64,000 nt of DNA, taken from assembly GCA_029263335.1 (NCBI GenBank), contig JAJCXS010000147.1:2682-66681 (forward strand), given 5' to 3'. Positions 49,601-60,300 of this stretch are shown in pieces. The position numbers and the translations under genes are program-made. The notes beneath the pieces were generated by a model. It made no database searches and was not told the origin of the DNA. It was given only the letters and a program-made list of their open reading frames with translations. How positions within the stretch are numbered: position 1 is the stretch's first letter; every line of letters starts with the position of its first letter. The stretch is from Acidobacteriota bacterium (GTDB taxonomy: Bacteria; Acidobacteriota; UBA890; WLXD01).

Positions 49601-50336
49601 GGCGAATCGCTGGTCCGAGGTAGCTCGGGACAGGGAGAACAAAGCTGGATCGCACACGGACTAACGGTCGCGTTAATAGCGGCGAGTCGGACAGGCGTGC
49701 GTCGGAGAGGTGCTGGCGTTCATCGACGTCCACGCAGAAATGGACGAGACTAGACGCGTCGATCCCAAGGTGCTCCAGTTCTGCGGCTTCGAAAGTAACG
49801 CGGTCAGCCAGGTCGTCCAGATCGACCGTCTCGATAACAGCCTCGATAGAACTGGGCTCGTCTGCCGTGGCCCATCTCTCGACTCCGGAGCGCGCCGCGA
49901 CGGCCCGAGTTAGACGAAGCAGAGCGTCCAGCCCGGATTGGCAATCGACCGGAGAGTTAGGTGGGAGCGTCAAGGTAGCGTTGATGAACAGCTGTGTGTA
50001 GAACGCGTTGCCTGTATTGATGCCCTGGAGCAGCAAGTACGTGTCGTCGGCGGCCACAGGCGCGGCGAACACGTCTTCCGGGGGGTCCTCCATGCGGGCG
50101 ACTGGGCAAGACCCCAGACCGTCTGCGCCGAGGAACTGGACCAGGTCCTGCGCGTTTGCTAGTTGACCTCCAGCCGAGACGGCAGCGGCGACGTGGCTGG
50201 CGCACTCCAGCCGAAGTTGGTTCGTCTGCAGTTCGGGAAGTGTTTGGAGACCGCCGATCACGGCGACGGTTCGTTCACTAAACGGGCGCAGCGAGCTTCG
50301 AAGGGTGCCGCCGGTGAATTGACTCACGCTCGGCAT
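46695..50336 (-). CDS. Large hypothetical protein (1213 aa) with C-terminal PD-(D/E)xK restriction-endonuclease-like motif (island cargo)
   Basis: C-terminal …APDELGDIDVLAWRAGSSTVLAVECKRL… fits PD-x(n)-D-x(n)-ExK. No Walker A/B motif found. The rest is unassigned. Confidence 0.55.
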   Translation of the reverse strand: MPSVSQFTGGTLRSSLRPFSERTVAVIGGLQTLPELQTNQLRLECASHVAAAVSAGGQLANAQDLVQFLGADGLGSCPVARMEDPPEDVFAAPVAADDTYLLLQGINTGNAFYTQLFINATLTLPPNSPVDCQSGLDALLRLTRAVAARSGVERWATADEPSSIEAVIETVDLDDLADRVTFEAAELEHLGIDASSLVHFCVDVDERQHLSDARLSDSPLLTRPLVRVRSSFVLPVPSYLGPAIRRHIYRSFERVNRGGELCQAMASAHRKVASDCMPRFGGATTLLEDPSITGVPGLSRLRVQFDEQKQATVLHLTPEPGDAGGRHLDVRITRTDTEQRRFAEILGEAEEDALTLLLLCGCGGDIEAELASAAGEDVIVLGLYEFSLMALVRECTFLWIWKLQRHLERLEAAGLRVQTAYGFEAVVAEFMLNDGRPIPCDLPLPTVRGLFLVEGMRLHEQRCRTQSLHDEHGAPHTPGEPATVVSRLDADALFDSLTGQPVYASADSARSGTLAGVIEADQSLVWVCAQAGNNGPSEVAYLLWEAALKWTAAIVRILATNWPRTPAPRLLIDIQEPEAWEDAGEPDEDVGDVAMEATCRENTVLVRIYPGYRHYFTQPANHGDRELFRMLAESILRLVAPDLSADEREAERWRLEHSLMPNQDIRHIHLFDRPSPLDLLRPHMPGTKSRLHGLDDAPWLMALAGGQPAETLATSERCRDVLKVCAADVADRLRTKIGQFGRHALVTRSLHVMEEIAQQRAHFRRTARALGALYGNEATDVAAREEAERGLISQAAKVIAEIAVCEAPLDGHPSPEQSEYDDLLAGCRTLCRFGGYADAAHRGLIERAVICANGEVHIDGDSLGDLATHYTRSTQEHLLHETDHEYEHHFEVTGGTGGGPLWLDEPGTTAAFEAEYGATPQELGGFVASLIDKAIDAEQAVVESHSEEFAQIAISSGLPEERARRLLDRLSLWPRNRWDQAPEGYSSRDWYPWKYGRKLSVVSRPLVQLGDADSTVVYGVSSLASSFSYITHGIETGALRPEYFESPQMGRLVGRRVDERGREFTISVSDALRQLGWSTETEVPMARLGAPDELGDIDVLAWRAGSSTVLAVECKRLQPSYGLSGIVDRLVDFAGDATDRLGRHVRRLEWLEAHADWVNHLPHRDVRSVEVTGYLVTNRPVPFQFAAELPFPTERIITLRQFLEALSGTEQGA

Positions 50337-51116
50337 CGAAGAAATCCTCTGCTAATGGGAAGGCTCAGGCGCCTCAGTCGCAGACTTGTCTTGCCGATGA
50401 GCCCGCCGACTAGGCGCAGGAACAGAGCTGAGGTCTCGACCCGGCGCGCCGACTGGAATAGCTGGTCCCGGCTTGTCGAAATCAGTCGGAGATCCCGGGT
50501 GCGACCGCAGTGTCGTACCTCAGAGATAACCACTGTGGACAGCCTTTTGCGATGTTCTTCTGCCGTTGTCCAGGCGCGTGGTCACGGGCGAGGTAGCCGA
50601 TCGCCAGATTGTGACGGGATCGCGTTCTTCGCGGGGACGCGGGAGATGTGCGCTGCTTAGGTCGGCACACACCTGCGCGCCGCTTGGCGATCCCGGCGAT
50701 TCCTTGACCCGCAAAATGCTCGGAAGAAAAGCGGGCCGCGCCTTCCGCCAGCGCGGGCGTGCAGCGCGAGCTCTTCACGCCTGACGGCGACGACACAGCG
50801 AGTGCTCAGCGACGTGTGGGGCGCCGTGGAGCGTCCTCCGGGGGAGACGCTCGTCGCCGCTGCTTGCGGAATCCGTGTCCGGAGCTCCAGGAAGTGTCGG
50901 AGTCGGGTGGCATCAGAGCAGCGATCCAGTCGGTGATGGCTAGCGAGGCCCTATTCTGCCCATGCAAGCCGACAGATTCTGTCGCTATAGGCGCAGGGGA
51001 AGCAAGTTCGGTCTACTTCCCACGTTGGGGGCGAATACGATAGATTTCATTCTGACGTCGCCCGGCGCGGGTCAACCACCAAGACAACTTGTTTTCTCGA
51101 CGCCCCAAAGCGCTGC

Positions 51117-51365
51117 TTGCAGTCGCTGGAGGGCAGGGGAACCGGGTCCGACGGGCTCGGTCTTGGTGGGATGGTCTCAGTAGAAGAGTGCCGGGCACTT
51201 ATTAGAAGCTCTGGGCTGCAGGGACGCGAATTCTCGGACGATGAGATCCGAGAACTACGCGATCATCTCGCCGAGCTCACGCGCCTACTGCTGACCGCTG
51301 CCCCTCCGGCGGCGGTACGTGCGACGGACAAGACAACGACGTCTCCGGAGACTTGCGATGGCTAG
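51117..51365 (+). CDS. Small hypothetical protein immediately upstream of the recombinase (possible regulator/excision factor)
   Basis: 82-aa ORF ending 8 nt into the recombinase start. No motif assigned. Confidence 0.25.
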   Translation: MQSLEGRGTGSDGLGLGGMVSVEECRALIRSSGLQGREFSDDEIRELRDHLAELTRLLLTAAPPAAVRATDKTTTSPETCDG

Positions 51366-52515
51366 TCGAGCTGTCGGGTATGTGAGGGTCTCGACTCCAG
51401 AACAGGCGGAGGCCAACACAAGCCTGGCTCACCAAGAGCGGGAGATTCGGCGATTCGCAGATCGCTCCGACATTGAGCTTCTCGAGGTCTTCGTTGAACG
51501 CGGGGTCTCCGCTCGTTCTCTTAAACGCGTTGAACTGAACCGACTAAGGACCTTCTACGCCGATAGGTCCAACAACGTCGATAGCCTGATCATCTGGAAG
51601 TTCGACCGGCTGTGTCGGGACGTTCGAGGCCATGTCGTACTTCGTGCCGAACTCCACGCCGCTGCGATCCAGGTCATCTCGGTTACTGAACCGACGTCGG
51701 ACGATCCTGCGGGGGTTCTGATGGAGAACATTCTCGCCTCGTTCGCCCAGTTCGAGAACGACGTCAGAGCCGAGCGTACGCGGGCCGGCATGGGATCAAC
51801 GGCGAGGCGCGGACGTTGGCAGACTAGGGCTCCGTTCGGATACCGACGGGGCTCGGCTGACGGTCCCAGCCTTCTGTTGCATGAGACGGAAGCGCCAGTT
51901 GTGCGCGAAATATTCGAACGTTCCGCCGGGAACTGCAGTCGCGAGCAGCTGGTACGGGAATTTGAAGCCCGCGGCGTTGTGTCCAAGACAAACCGACCGT
52001 TATCGGGGAAGGCTTTGCATCGGATCCTCACGAACCCGGTCTACCTGGGCAAGGTCGTCTGGAAGGGGAACACGTATCCAGGCGATTTCGAGCCTATCGT
52101 CGGCTCGCCCCTGTTCCAACGGTTGCAGGGGCGCATCCGGCGCGGCGCCCGCGTTCCCTCGGGCTCCGACAAGCGACAACAGGAGCGCATCTCTGCCGAG
52201 CGTTCTCGGATCGAGAAGGTGGTCTACGAACTCGAGGCTGCTACGAGTCCCGCGTACATCAACTATCAGTGGCTGACCCAGATGCTCACCGAGCCTGCCG
52301 AGATCTGGGACCGACTAGACGGTCCAGCGCGGCGGACATTTCAGCGGCTTGTCTTCCCCTTCGGACTACCTGTCGCGGGTCGGGCAGTTGGAACAGGCGA
52401 ACCGGCGCCTATCTTCCTACTAGTGCGGGAGAAAACGAAAAGCCGAGACGTGCAAGACGCCTCGGCTTCCCGGAAGGTAGCCCTAACGGGATTTGAACCC
52501 GTGTCTCCGCCTTGA
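51358..52515 (+). CDS. Large serine recombinase (resolvase/invertase catalytic domain + recombinase domain)
   Basis: N-terminal catalytic motif AVGYVRVSTPEQ with Ser nucleophile, …IIWKFDRLCRD…, then a recombinase domain (…GRWQTRAPFGYRR…). The ORF runs into the tRNA gene on the opposite strand. Start chosen at MASRAVGYVRVS. Confidence 0.85.
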   Translation: MASRAVGYVRVSTPEQAEANTSLAHQEREIRRFADRSDIELLEVFVERGVSARSLKRVELNRLRTFYADRSNNVDSLIIWKFDRLCRDVRGHVVLRAELHAAAIQVISVTEPTSDDPAGVLMENILASFAQFENDVRAERTRAGMGSTARRGRWQTRAPFGYRRGSADGPSLLLHETEAPVVREIFERSAGNCSREQLVREFEARGVVSKTNRPLSGKALHRILTNPVYLGKVVWKGNTYPGDFEPIVGSPLFQRLQGRIRRGARVPSGSDKRQQERISAERSRIEKVVYELEAATSPAYINYQWLTQMLTEPAEIWDRLDGPARRTFQRLVFPFGLPVAGRAVGTGEPAPIFLLVREKTKSRDVQDASASRKVALTGFEPVSPP

Positions 52516-52552
52516 GAGGGCGGTGTCCTGGGCCAGGCTAGACGATAGGGCC
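52478..52552 (-). tRNA. tRNA-Glu (anticodon CUC)
   Basis: Hand-folded cloverleaf. Acceptor GGCCCUA/UAGGGCU (G1·U72), anticodon stem CCGCC/GGCGG with loop CUCUCAA (anticodon CUC), T-arm ACGGG-UUCAAAU-CCCGU, discriminator A. CC is encoded but not the terminal A. Confidence 0.7.
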
Positions 52553-52662
52553 ACGTAGTTCGTGTGCATGCCTGGCTAGCGCACGAACTTGAGACGGTAG
52601 CCGGGGGATGGCGGTCGCGCAAGCCCTGTTCTGCAGCGTCCGCTCGCGCTTCTGGTGCTAGG

Positions 52663-53199
52663 TCAGGGACCTGGGCTGGTCGCGGCCATCTGTTCCCACA
52701 GGAAGCCCATCGGCATACCGTTGACGAGCTCGTTGGGACCCTTGGTCCTGATGTCGAGGCAGAGCTGCCCGCCTGGGGGTACGACGAGGTCTTCAGTAAC
52801 TTCGACCGTCCGCTCGATTCGGCCCGTGGCCTTGTCTACTTTCCACGCGGGTGGCCGAAACTTGAAGAGCGTCTTGCCTGCGGCGTTGGTACCTGTGAGG
52901 GATATCTGCAGTTTGCGCGGGAATCCCACTGCTCGCGCGCCATCGCGAGATGCAGGAGGCTCGTCGATGTCGAGCTCGAGCGAGTAGAGCGCCGCGTAGA
53001 GTTCGACCGGGCTGCTGCCGAACACGGTGCATTTGACTCGATTCCAACGTGAGCGTGGGTAGCAGCGCGTAGGATGCCCGTCATCGTCGTAGGGGCATTG
53101 AACGTTGAAGGCGAAGAACACGTAGTCGAAGGTGCAGGCGTTCGTGATCAGCATTAGCGCCACGACAGAAAGAATCAGGGTTCGCCGAAACATGTTCAC
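52663..53199 (-). CDS. Secreted hypothetical protein
   Basis: 178-aa ORF with N-terminal signal peptide (LILSVVALMLITNA) and several Cys. No known motif. Confidence 0.45.
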   Translation of the reverse strand: MNMFRRTLILSVVALMLITNACTFDYVFFAFNVQCPYDDDGHPTRCYPRSRWNRVKCTVFGSSPVELYAALYSLELDIDEPPASRDGARAVGFPRKLQISLTGTNAAGKTLFKFRPPAWKVDKATGRIERTVEVTEDLVVPPGGQLCLDIRTKGPNELVNGMPMGFLWEQMAATSPGP

Positions 53200-53277
53200 C
53201 TCGCTGATGCCCAGGCCGCAGGAGCTGCGGCACGATCCATTACCTGGGGGACGGTAAAAGGCGCGCGGCGGGTGGCG

Positions 53278-53976
53278 CTATCCCCGGAACCGGGTATTCG
53301 CGTTGAGCAACTGCTGTTCGTAGGCGACGCGTACGGCAGCAGCGCGCGAGTTCACCTGCAGCTTTCGGTAGATGTTCTTCACGTGCGTTCGCACGGTGTG
53401 CGGGCTGATGCACAGTCGCTTGGCAATCTCGGATTCGGTGTCGCCTTGCACGATCTGCTCGAGCAACTCCACCTCGCGAGCTGACAGCGTTCCCGCCGGG
53501 TCGGTCGTCGCCGCCGGGCCCTCTGGAGCAGTGGCCGGTGCCTGGCTCAGAAGATGCAGTACGTTTCGAGCTACTGGCCGCGATAGCGGCACGCCGCCTT
53601 CGTGCACCTCGGCGATGGCGTTCGCGATGGTCTCCGCGGGGGAGTCCTTTAGCAGGTAGCCGGCGGCGCCGGCCTGAATAGCGGCGAGAATCGTTCGCGG
53701 CTCTTCGAAGACCGTGAGCATCAGGGCCCCAATCGTTTCGTGCTCACGCGCCAGGCGCGCCGCGACCTCGATCCCGGACGTATCCGGCAGACCGATGTCG
53801 ACGAGGGCGACGTCCGGCGGTTGCTCCTGCCGCGCCAGGAGATCGAAGAACTCCTGGGCTGTCGCGGCGCAGAAGGTGATCTCCATCTGTGGGAAGAAGG
53901 CCAGGCGCTGCGCGAGCTGACGTCGGAACGGCTTGTTGTCGTCCAGGAGTGCCACTCGAATGCGCATGGCGCCAGA
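53278..53976 (-). CDS. LuxR/NarL-family response regulator
   Basis: Receiver domain (MRIRVALLDDN…VALVDIGLPDTSG…) and C-terminal LuxR HTH (LSAREVELLEQIVQGDTESEIAKRLCISPHTVRTHVKNIYRKL). Start taken at MRIRV. The track ORF extends to 54192. Confidence 0.8.
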   Translation of the reverse strand, partial: SGAMRIRVALLDDNKPFRRQLAQRLAFFPQMEITFCAATAQEFFDLLARQEQPPDVALVDIGLPDTSGIEVAARLAREHETIGALMLTVFEEPRTILAAIQAGAAGYLLKDSPAETIANAIAEVHEGGVPLSRPVARNVLHLLSQAPATAPEGPAATTDPAGTLSAREVELLEQIVQGDTESEIAKRLCISPHTVRTHVKNIYRKLQVNSRAAAVRVAYEQQLLNANTRFRG

Positions 53977-54022
53977 GTGCCTGCCCAAGGGAGTGTCGCG
54001 CAATCCCCCGATCCGGGTATCG

Positions 54023-57000
54023 TCAGCTTCGGCGCATCGGTGGTAGCGGCAGCACCACACGAATAGCGGTGCCGCCGGCCGTCTCGGACTCGAGCGAGAA
54101 GTTGCCGCCGATCTGCTCGGCGCGGATGCGCATTCCGGCCAGGCCGAAGCCCTGGTGCCCGGGAGGCGGCTGTCGGAAGGCGCCATCATCACGAATCTCG
54201 ACGTGCAGGGAGTCGGCCGCGTCCGTCAGGAGCCGGACCTGCACATGATGGGCGTCGGCGTGGCGAATCGCGTTCTGTACCGCCTCCTGGATCAGGCGGA
54301 AGATCTCGAGGGCGTGGCCCGAGGACAACACCGCGCGCCGATCTCCGGCTGCCTCGCACCGGAGCGAGGGCTTGTCGCGGAGCTGCTGCTGCTCATGCAG
54401 GTGCTCGTGGATCTGGTCGGCCAACTCCCCCACGGTGACCTGCTCACGGTTGAGTGACCAGACCGTTTCGTGCAGCTGGTCCATGGCGCGCTGCGCCTCG
54501 GCGCGGAGCGTTACCAAGTGATCGTCGACATCCTCGCGATTGCCGGAGCCAGCTGTCAGCTGGGCTAACTCGACACCTGCCAAGATCGTTGACACCCGGG
54601 CGCCGATGTTGTCGTGCAGATCACGGGAGATGCGCTCCCGTTCGAGATGGATCTGGCGGGCGAGTTCGAGGTCGCGCACGCGGCGGCGTAGCGCCCGGGT
54701 AGATACCTGCCGGATCGTCAGCGCCAGCGCCGTGAACAGTCCGGATGCCGCTAGCAAGCGGAACCATAGCGTCGCCCACCACGGCGGCGGGACATCGATG
54801 GCGATCGAGACTCCTTCGCGGTTCCAGACACCGTCCGCATTGGCAGCCCGCACGTGAAACCGATACGTACCGGGTGCCAGCGCCGGATAGCGCGCCTGGC
54901 GCTGCGCCCCGGCCTGCACCCATTGAGGGTCGAAGTTGTCGAGGCGGTAGGCGTAGGCGGTGCGCTCGGGGTCGGAGAACGTGAGCGCGGTGAACTCGAA
55001 GGTCAGTCCGGTGTCGTCGTGGGGCAGGCGCAGTGATTGTCGGCCGTAGGGGTCGATCGTAACGGCGCCCTCGCGCCGCAGCCGTTCAATCGACGTGATC
55101 ACGACGGGTGGGGGATGCGGATTGTCGAGCAATCGTTGCGGGTCGAGAACGGTTGTGCCTGCGAGGCTGCCGAAGGCGAGCCGGCCGTCGCTGAGACGTG
55201 CGGCGGCGCGTCGATTGAACTCGGCATGCGGCAGCCCGTCGCCGGTTGTGTATCGGCGGGCGACACTCGAGCTGTTCGGATCGAGGGGGTGCTGAAACCG
55301 CAGCAAGCCGTTGTTCGTGCTGACCCACAGCGCGCCATCGTTGTCGTGGACCAACGCGTAGGCCGGGGCGGCGGGGAGTGAGCGTGTCAGTTCGGCCTCC
55401 GACAGTTCGCCGGACGCTGGATCGAAGACGAAGAGGCCCCGATCGCTGCCCAGCCACAGGTTCCCGTCGCCGCACTCGGCAATGGCCCAGAAGCCCTCGC
55501 TGCCGCGCAGTGCGCGTGCGTCGCCCAGCGCAAAGCGTGTCGTGCGCAGCGTGGTTGGGTCGAGGTGATACAGATCGCTCCCCGACGTGCCGACCCATAG
55601 AGATCCGTCGCCCGTGACCGCGAGTCCCGCGACGCCCGGTTGCTCCGGCCGGTCCTCGGCGATCCCTTTCACCCTGACGGCTGCATGCGTCGCGGCATCG
55701 ATGCGGAAGAGGCCCGAGCTGGTCCCGGCCCACACTTGCCCGGACAGATCGTGCGTGACGGCGAAAACGGCGGGTTCGGAGGACGCGGAATCCACCGCGA
55801 GCGCAACGAGCGCGAAGCGGCCCGTGTTCGCATCGAGCGCGCACAGGCCGCGGTCCGTGCCCATCCAGGTCTGTTCGCCGGGGCCAGAGTGAACGGCCCA
55901 CACTTCGCTGCCGCACAGGCTGTCGGCTCCGGGCAATTCGGCGTAGCGGTGTGCGTCACCGGTCGTGAGGTCGAGTCGCGTTAGTCCGCCACCGATGGTC
56001 CCAATCCACAGATTACCGTCGTCCGAGGCGACGCTGACCACCGGGCCGGCACCGGGTGAAGCGGGGTCGGTAGGGTTGTGCACAAAGTTGCGGAACGGCT
56101 TCGCGAACGGATCCAATCGCACCAGCCCGGCCGCGGTGGCGAGCCAGATGGCCCCCTCCTGGTCCTGTGTGATGTCCCAGAAGCGCGTCGAGAGCGGTTC
56201 GGGGGCGGTGCTTTCGATCACCATAGACTGGGCGGTCTCGCCAGGCAGAATGCGGTACAGCCGGTCGGCACCCACCCAGATCGTGCCGGCACGGTCGCGC
56301 AGCATCGGCAATACGGACGCCGTGATGTGTTCGGCTCCGGGAGCATCTCCGAACTGACTGTCCGCCGGATCGAACGTGCCGACACCGCGCGTGTGACCCA
56401 CCCACAAGCGACCGGTCTCATCCTCGAACTCCACCAACGCCCGTGCCCACGGCGACTGCGTACGGGTGACGCCGCCATCGGCATCGACTCGGTACAGCCG
56501 GCCGCGCTCTGTACTCAGCCATGTGCGGTCCTGACTGTCGTACAGGATTCTCCAGACGGGGTCCTCCGCGAACGGCGCCGGGTCGGACTCCGCCCAGGGC
56601 AGGGCCGCGACGGGCTCGAACCGGTCGTCTTCGGCCAGGTAACGGAACAGACCCTGCGGAGCGGCCACCAGGAGTCGACCTTGCGCATCCTGGGCGAACG
56701 CCTGCGCCTGCAACGAATAGTGATGGAATACGCCGGCCCCGCGTTCCAGACGGTCGATGCCTGCTGCCGTTCGGATCCACAGATTGCGATCGCCGTCTTC
56801 CCAGAGTCGGCGCACCGTATTGTTGGCCAGCGATCCGGGCACGTCGGGGTCGTGCCGGAACGTAGCGAACGAGACGCCATCGAAACGGTTGAGGCCGTCG
56901 ATCGTGCCGACCCACATGAACCCTTGATGGTCCTGCAGAAGCGTGAAGGCCGAGTTGTTCGATAGTCCCTGGCGGGTGTCGATCGCGCCGATCGCGCCAG

Positions 57001-57093
57001 AGTCGACGTTCTGCTGCGCGCGTGCCGGGCGCGGGGCCAACACGCCGGCGGCCGCAAGAGTGAGCATCATGGATGCGATCACAGCAGGTTGCC
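54023..57093 (-). CDS. Sensor histidine kinase with periplasmic two-component-regulator beta-propeller (Reg_prop/Y_Y_Y) repeats and HisKA_3 + HATPase_c
   Basis: Signal peptide. Many about 40-aa propeller repeats (…LWVGT..GL..…), a Y_Y_Y region and a TM segment. H-box (ERERISRDLHDNIGARVS) and ATPase G-boxes (…HVEIRDDGAF…GFGLAGMRIRAEQIGG). No fused receiver domain. Confidence 0.8.
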
Positions 57094-57307
57094 GGATTGT
57101 CATAGGGTGCGTGGCCCCTCTCCGCAACGGTTGATGTCCGTCGTCGACTGCGAGCCATTGTAAGGGGTATGGGACGGCGGAGGACGGAACGCGGTGGCGC
57201 AGCGACGCAGCGACGCTCCGGCTGTGATAGGAAGAACGGATCAATCACTCTGATTTGACTGCCGCGCAGCCCGCCCCCATCTGGCGACGCGGCCCGAGGG
57301 AGACTCC

Positions 57308-60300
57308 ATGTCGCGATTTGGCCGCGTTGTGCTTGCTCTGTTGCTTGCCGTTGTTCTCGTTCCTGCCTTCATGGCGGCGCCCGTCGGAGCCCAGGAGGAG
57401 GCGGAAGACGATGGCCCGGATATGGCCAAGCAGGTGGCCGGGCTGTCCTGGCGCAGCATCGGTCCAGCGTTCATGTCGGGTCGCATTTCCGACATCGCGG
57501 TTCATCCGGACGACCGGCACACCTGGTTCGTTTCGGTTGCTTCGGGCGGGTTGTGGAAGACCACCAACGCCGGGGTGAACTGGAAGCCGGTGTTCGACAA
57601 CTACTCGTCGTACTCGGTGGGCACGGTGGTGATCGATCCCAACGATCCGCAGATCGTCTGGGTGGGCACGGGTGAGAACAACAGCCAGCGCTCGGTGGCC
57701 TACGGCGACGGCATCTACAAGTCGGTCGACGGCGGCAACACCTTCAAGAAGATGGGGCTCGAGAACTCCGAGCACATCGCTCGCATCCGCGTGCATCCGG
57801 AAGACTCGAACACGGTCTACGTGGCGGCACAGGGACCGCTGTGGGCATCCGGCGGCGATCGCGGCGTCTACGTGACCGGCGACGGCGGCGAGAACTGGAC
57901 CAAGATTCTCGAGATTAGCGAGAACACCGGCGTCACCGACCTGATCGTCGACCCGCGCGACCCCGACGTCATGTATGCGGCTGCCTATCAGCGACGCCGG
58001 CACGTCTGGACTCTGCTCGACGGCGGACCCGAGGGCGGTATCTACAAGACCACCAACGGCGGCGAGAGCTGGGACAAGCTCACCCGCGGCCTGCCGGCGG
58101 GAGACATCGGCCGTATCGCTCTCGCTATCTCGCCCCACAAACCGGACGTGATCTACTCGCTCGTGGACGCAGCCGAAGGTCGCGGCACCTACGTGTCGGA
58201 GAACGGTGGTGCCAGCTGGAGCAAGCGCAGCAGCTACGTCTCTGGCAGCCCGCAGTACTACCAGGAACTCGTCGTCGATCCGCATGATCCCGACAAGGTC
58301 TACTCGATGGACACCTTCGCCCAGGTGACCGAGGACGGCGGTCGCACCTGGAACGCGGTCGGCGAGCAGGACAAGCACATCGACAACCACGCCCTGTGGA
58401 TCGATCCTGACGACGCGCGCCACCACATCAACGGTAACGACGGCGGTCTGTACGAGAGCTTCGACGCCGGCAGCACCTGGCGCTTTATTCCCAACCTGCC
58501 GATCACGCAGTACTACAAGATTGCCGTCGGCAACGATGCGCCCTTCTATACGGTCTGCGGCGGCACCCAGGACAACGCCACCCATTGCGGCCCGGCGCGC
58601 ACCAACACCATTAACGGCGGTCGCGACGCGGACTGGTTCGTGCCGGTGTTCGGCGACGGCTTCGACCCCGTTATCGATCCCAGCAACTCCGACATCATCT
58701 ACGCGCAGTGGCAGCACGGCGGCCTGATCCGTCACGATCGTCGCACCGGCGAGAGCATCGACGTGAAGCCGCGCGAATCGGCCGACGGCCCGGCGCTGCG
58801 CTGGAACTGGGACTCGGCCATCTTGATCAGTCCGCACAACCCGGAGCGCCTGTACTTCGGCGCCCAGATGCTGTTCCGCAGCGACGATCGGGGAGACTCC
58901 TGGCAGCCGGTCAGTGGCGATCTCACCCGCAACCTCGACCGCAACCAACTCGACATCTTTGGTCGCGTCTGGGGCGTCGACTCGGTGCGCAAGAACAACT
59001 CCACCTCGTTCTACGGCACGCTGGTGTCGTTCGACGAGTCGCCGGTGGTTGAAGGCCTGCTGTACGCGGGCTCGGACGACGGTGTGGTTTCGGTGAGCGA
59101 GGACGGCGGCGCCAACTGGCGACGCGTCGAGTCGTTCCCGAGCGTGCCGGAGATGACCTACGTCAACGACCTGTTCGCCTCGCGCCACGATGCCGACACG
59201 GTCTACGCGGCGTTCAACAACCACAAGAAGGGCGACTTCGCGCCGTATGTGCTGATGAGCACGGATCGCGGCAACACCTGGACCTCGATCACAGCCGATC
59301 TGCCCGAGCGCGGCTCGGTCTACACGTTCAACCAGGATCACGTCGATGCCGATCTGTTGTTTGTCGGCACCGAGTTCGGCGTCTGGTACTCACCCGACCA
59401 CGGCGGCCGCTGGGTCGAGCTTGGCTCCGGCATGCCCACCATCGCCGTGCGCGACCTGGAGATCCAGCGCGAGATGAACGACCTGGTCGCCGGCACCTTC
59501 GGCCGCGGCTACATCATCCTCGACGACTACTCGCCGCTGCGGCACACTGGCGCGCCGGCCGATACGGTCGAGGCTGCGGTGTTCCCGGTGCGCGAGGCGC
59601 TGGCCTATATCGAGCGCACGCCGCTGGCGCTCAGCGGGCGGGCCTTCCAGGGGTCGGACTACTTCCTGGCCCCGAATCCCGACTTTGGCGCCACCTTCAC
59701 TTACTGGCTGGGCGACATGCCCAAGACCCGCGAGGCGGCGCGCAAGAAGCGCGATGCGGAGCTGGCCAAGGAAGGGGAGGACGTGTTCTATCCGACCTGG
59801 GAGGAACTCAAGGCCGAGGACCGCGAGCACGATCCATCTGTGTTTCTGGTGGTGCGTGACGTCGACGGCAACGTCGTGCGCCGTGTCCCGGGCGCGGCCC
59901 GCGGCGGCGTTCATCGTGCGTCCTGGGACCTGCGCTATGCCGGTTTCGGGCCGGTCAGCGCCGGCTCCGACGGCAACGGTCCGATGGCCATGCCTGGTAA
60001 CTACACGGTAGAGATCGTGCGCTGGCACGACGGCAGTGTCGAGACGCTGACCGAGCCGGCGCCGTTCGAGGTGGTCGCGCTGGGTGATCCCACGATTCCG
60101 GTGCAGGATCGTGCCGAGGTAGCTGCCTTCAACGCCGACGTCGGGCGCTTGCAGCGCGCCATCATGGGCACCAACGCGGCGGCTGGTGACGCCGCCGAGC
60201 AGCTCGATATGATGGAGCAGGCCGTGCGCCGTCATCCCCAGGTGGACCTCGCGCTCATCGAGCAGGTCGAGGCCATGAAGCAGACACTGACCGACATGCG

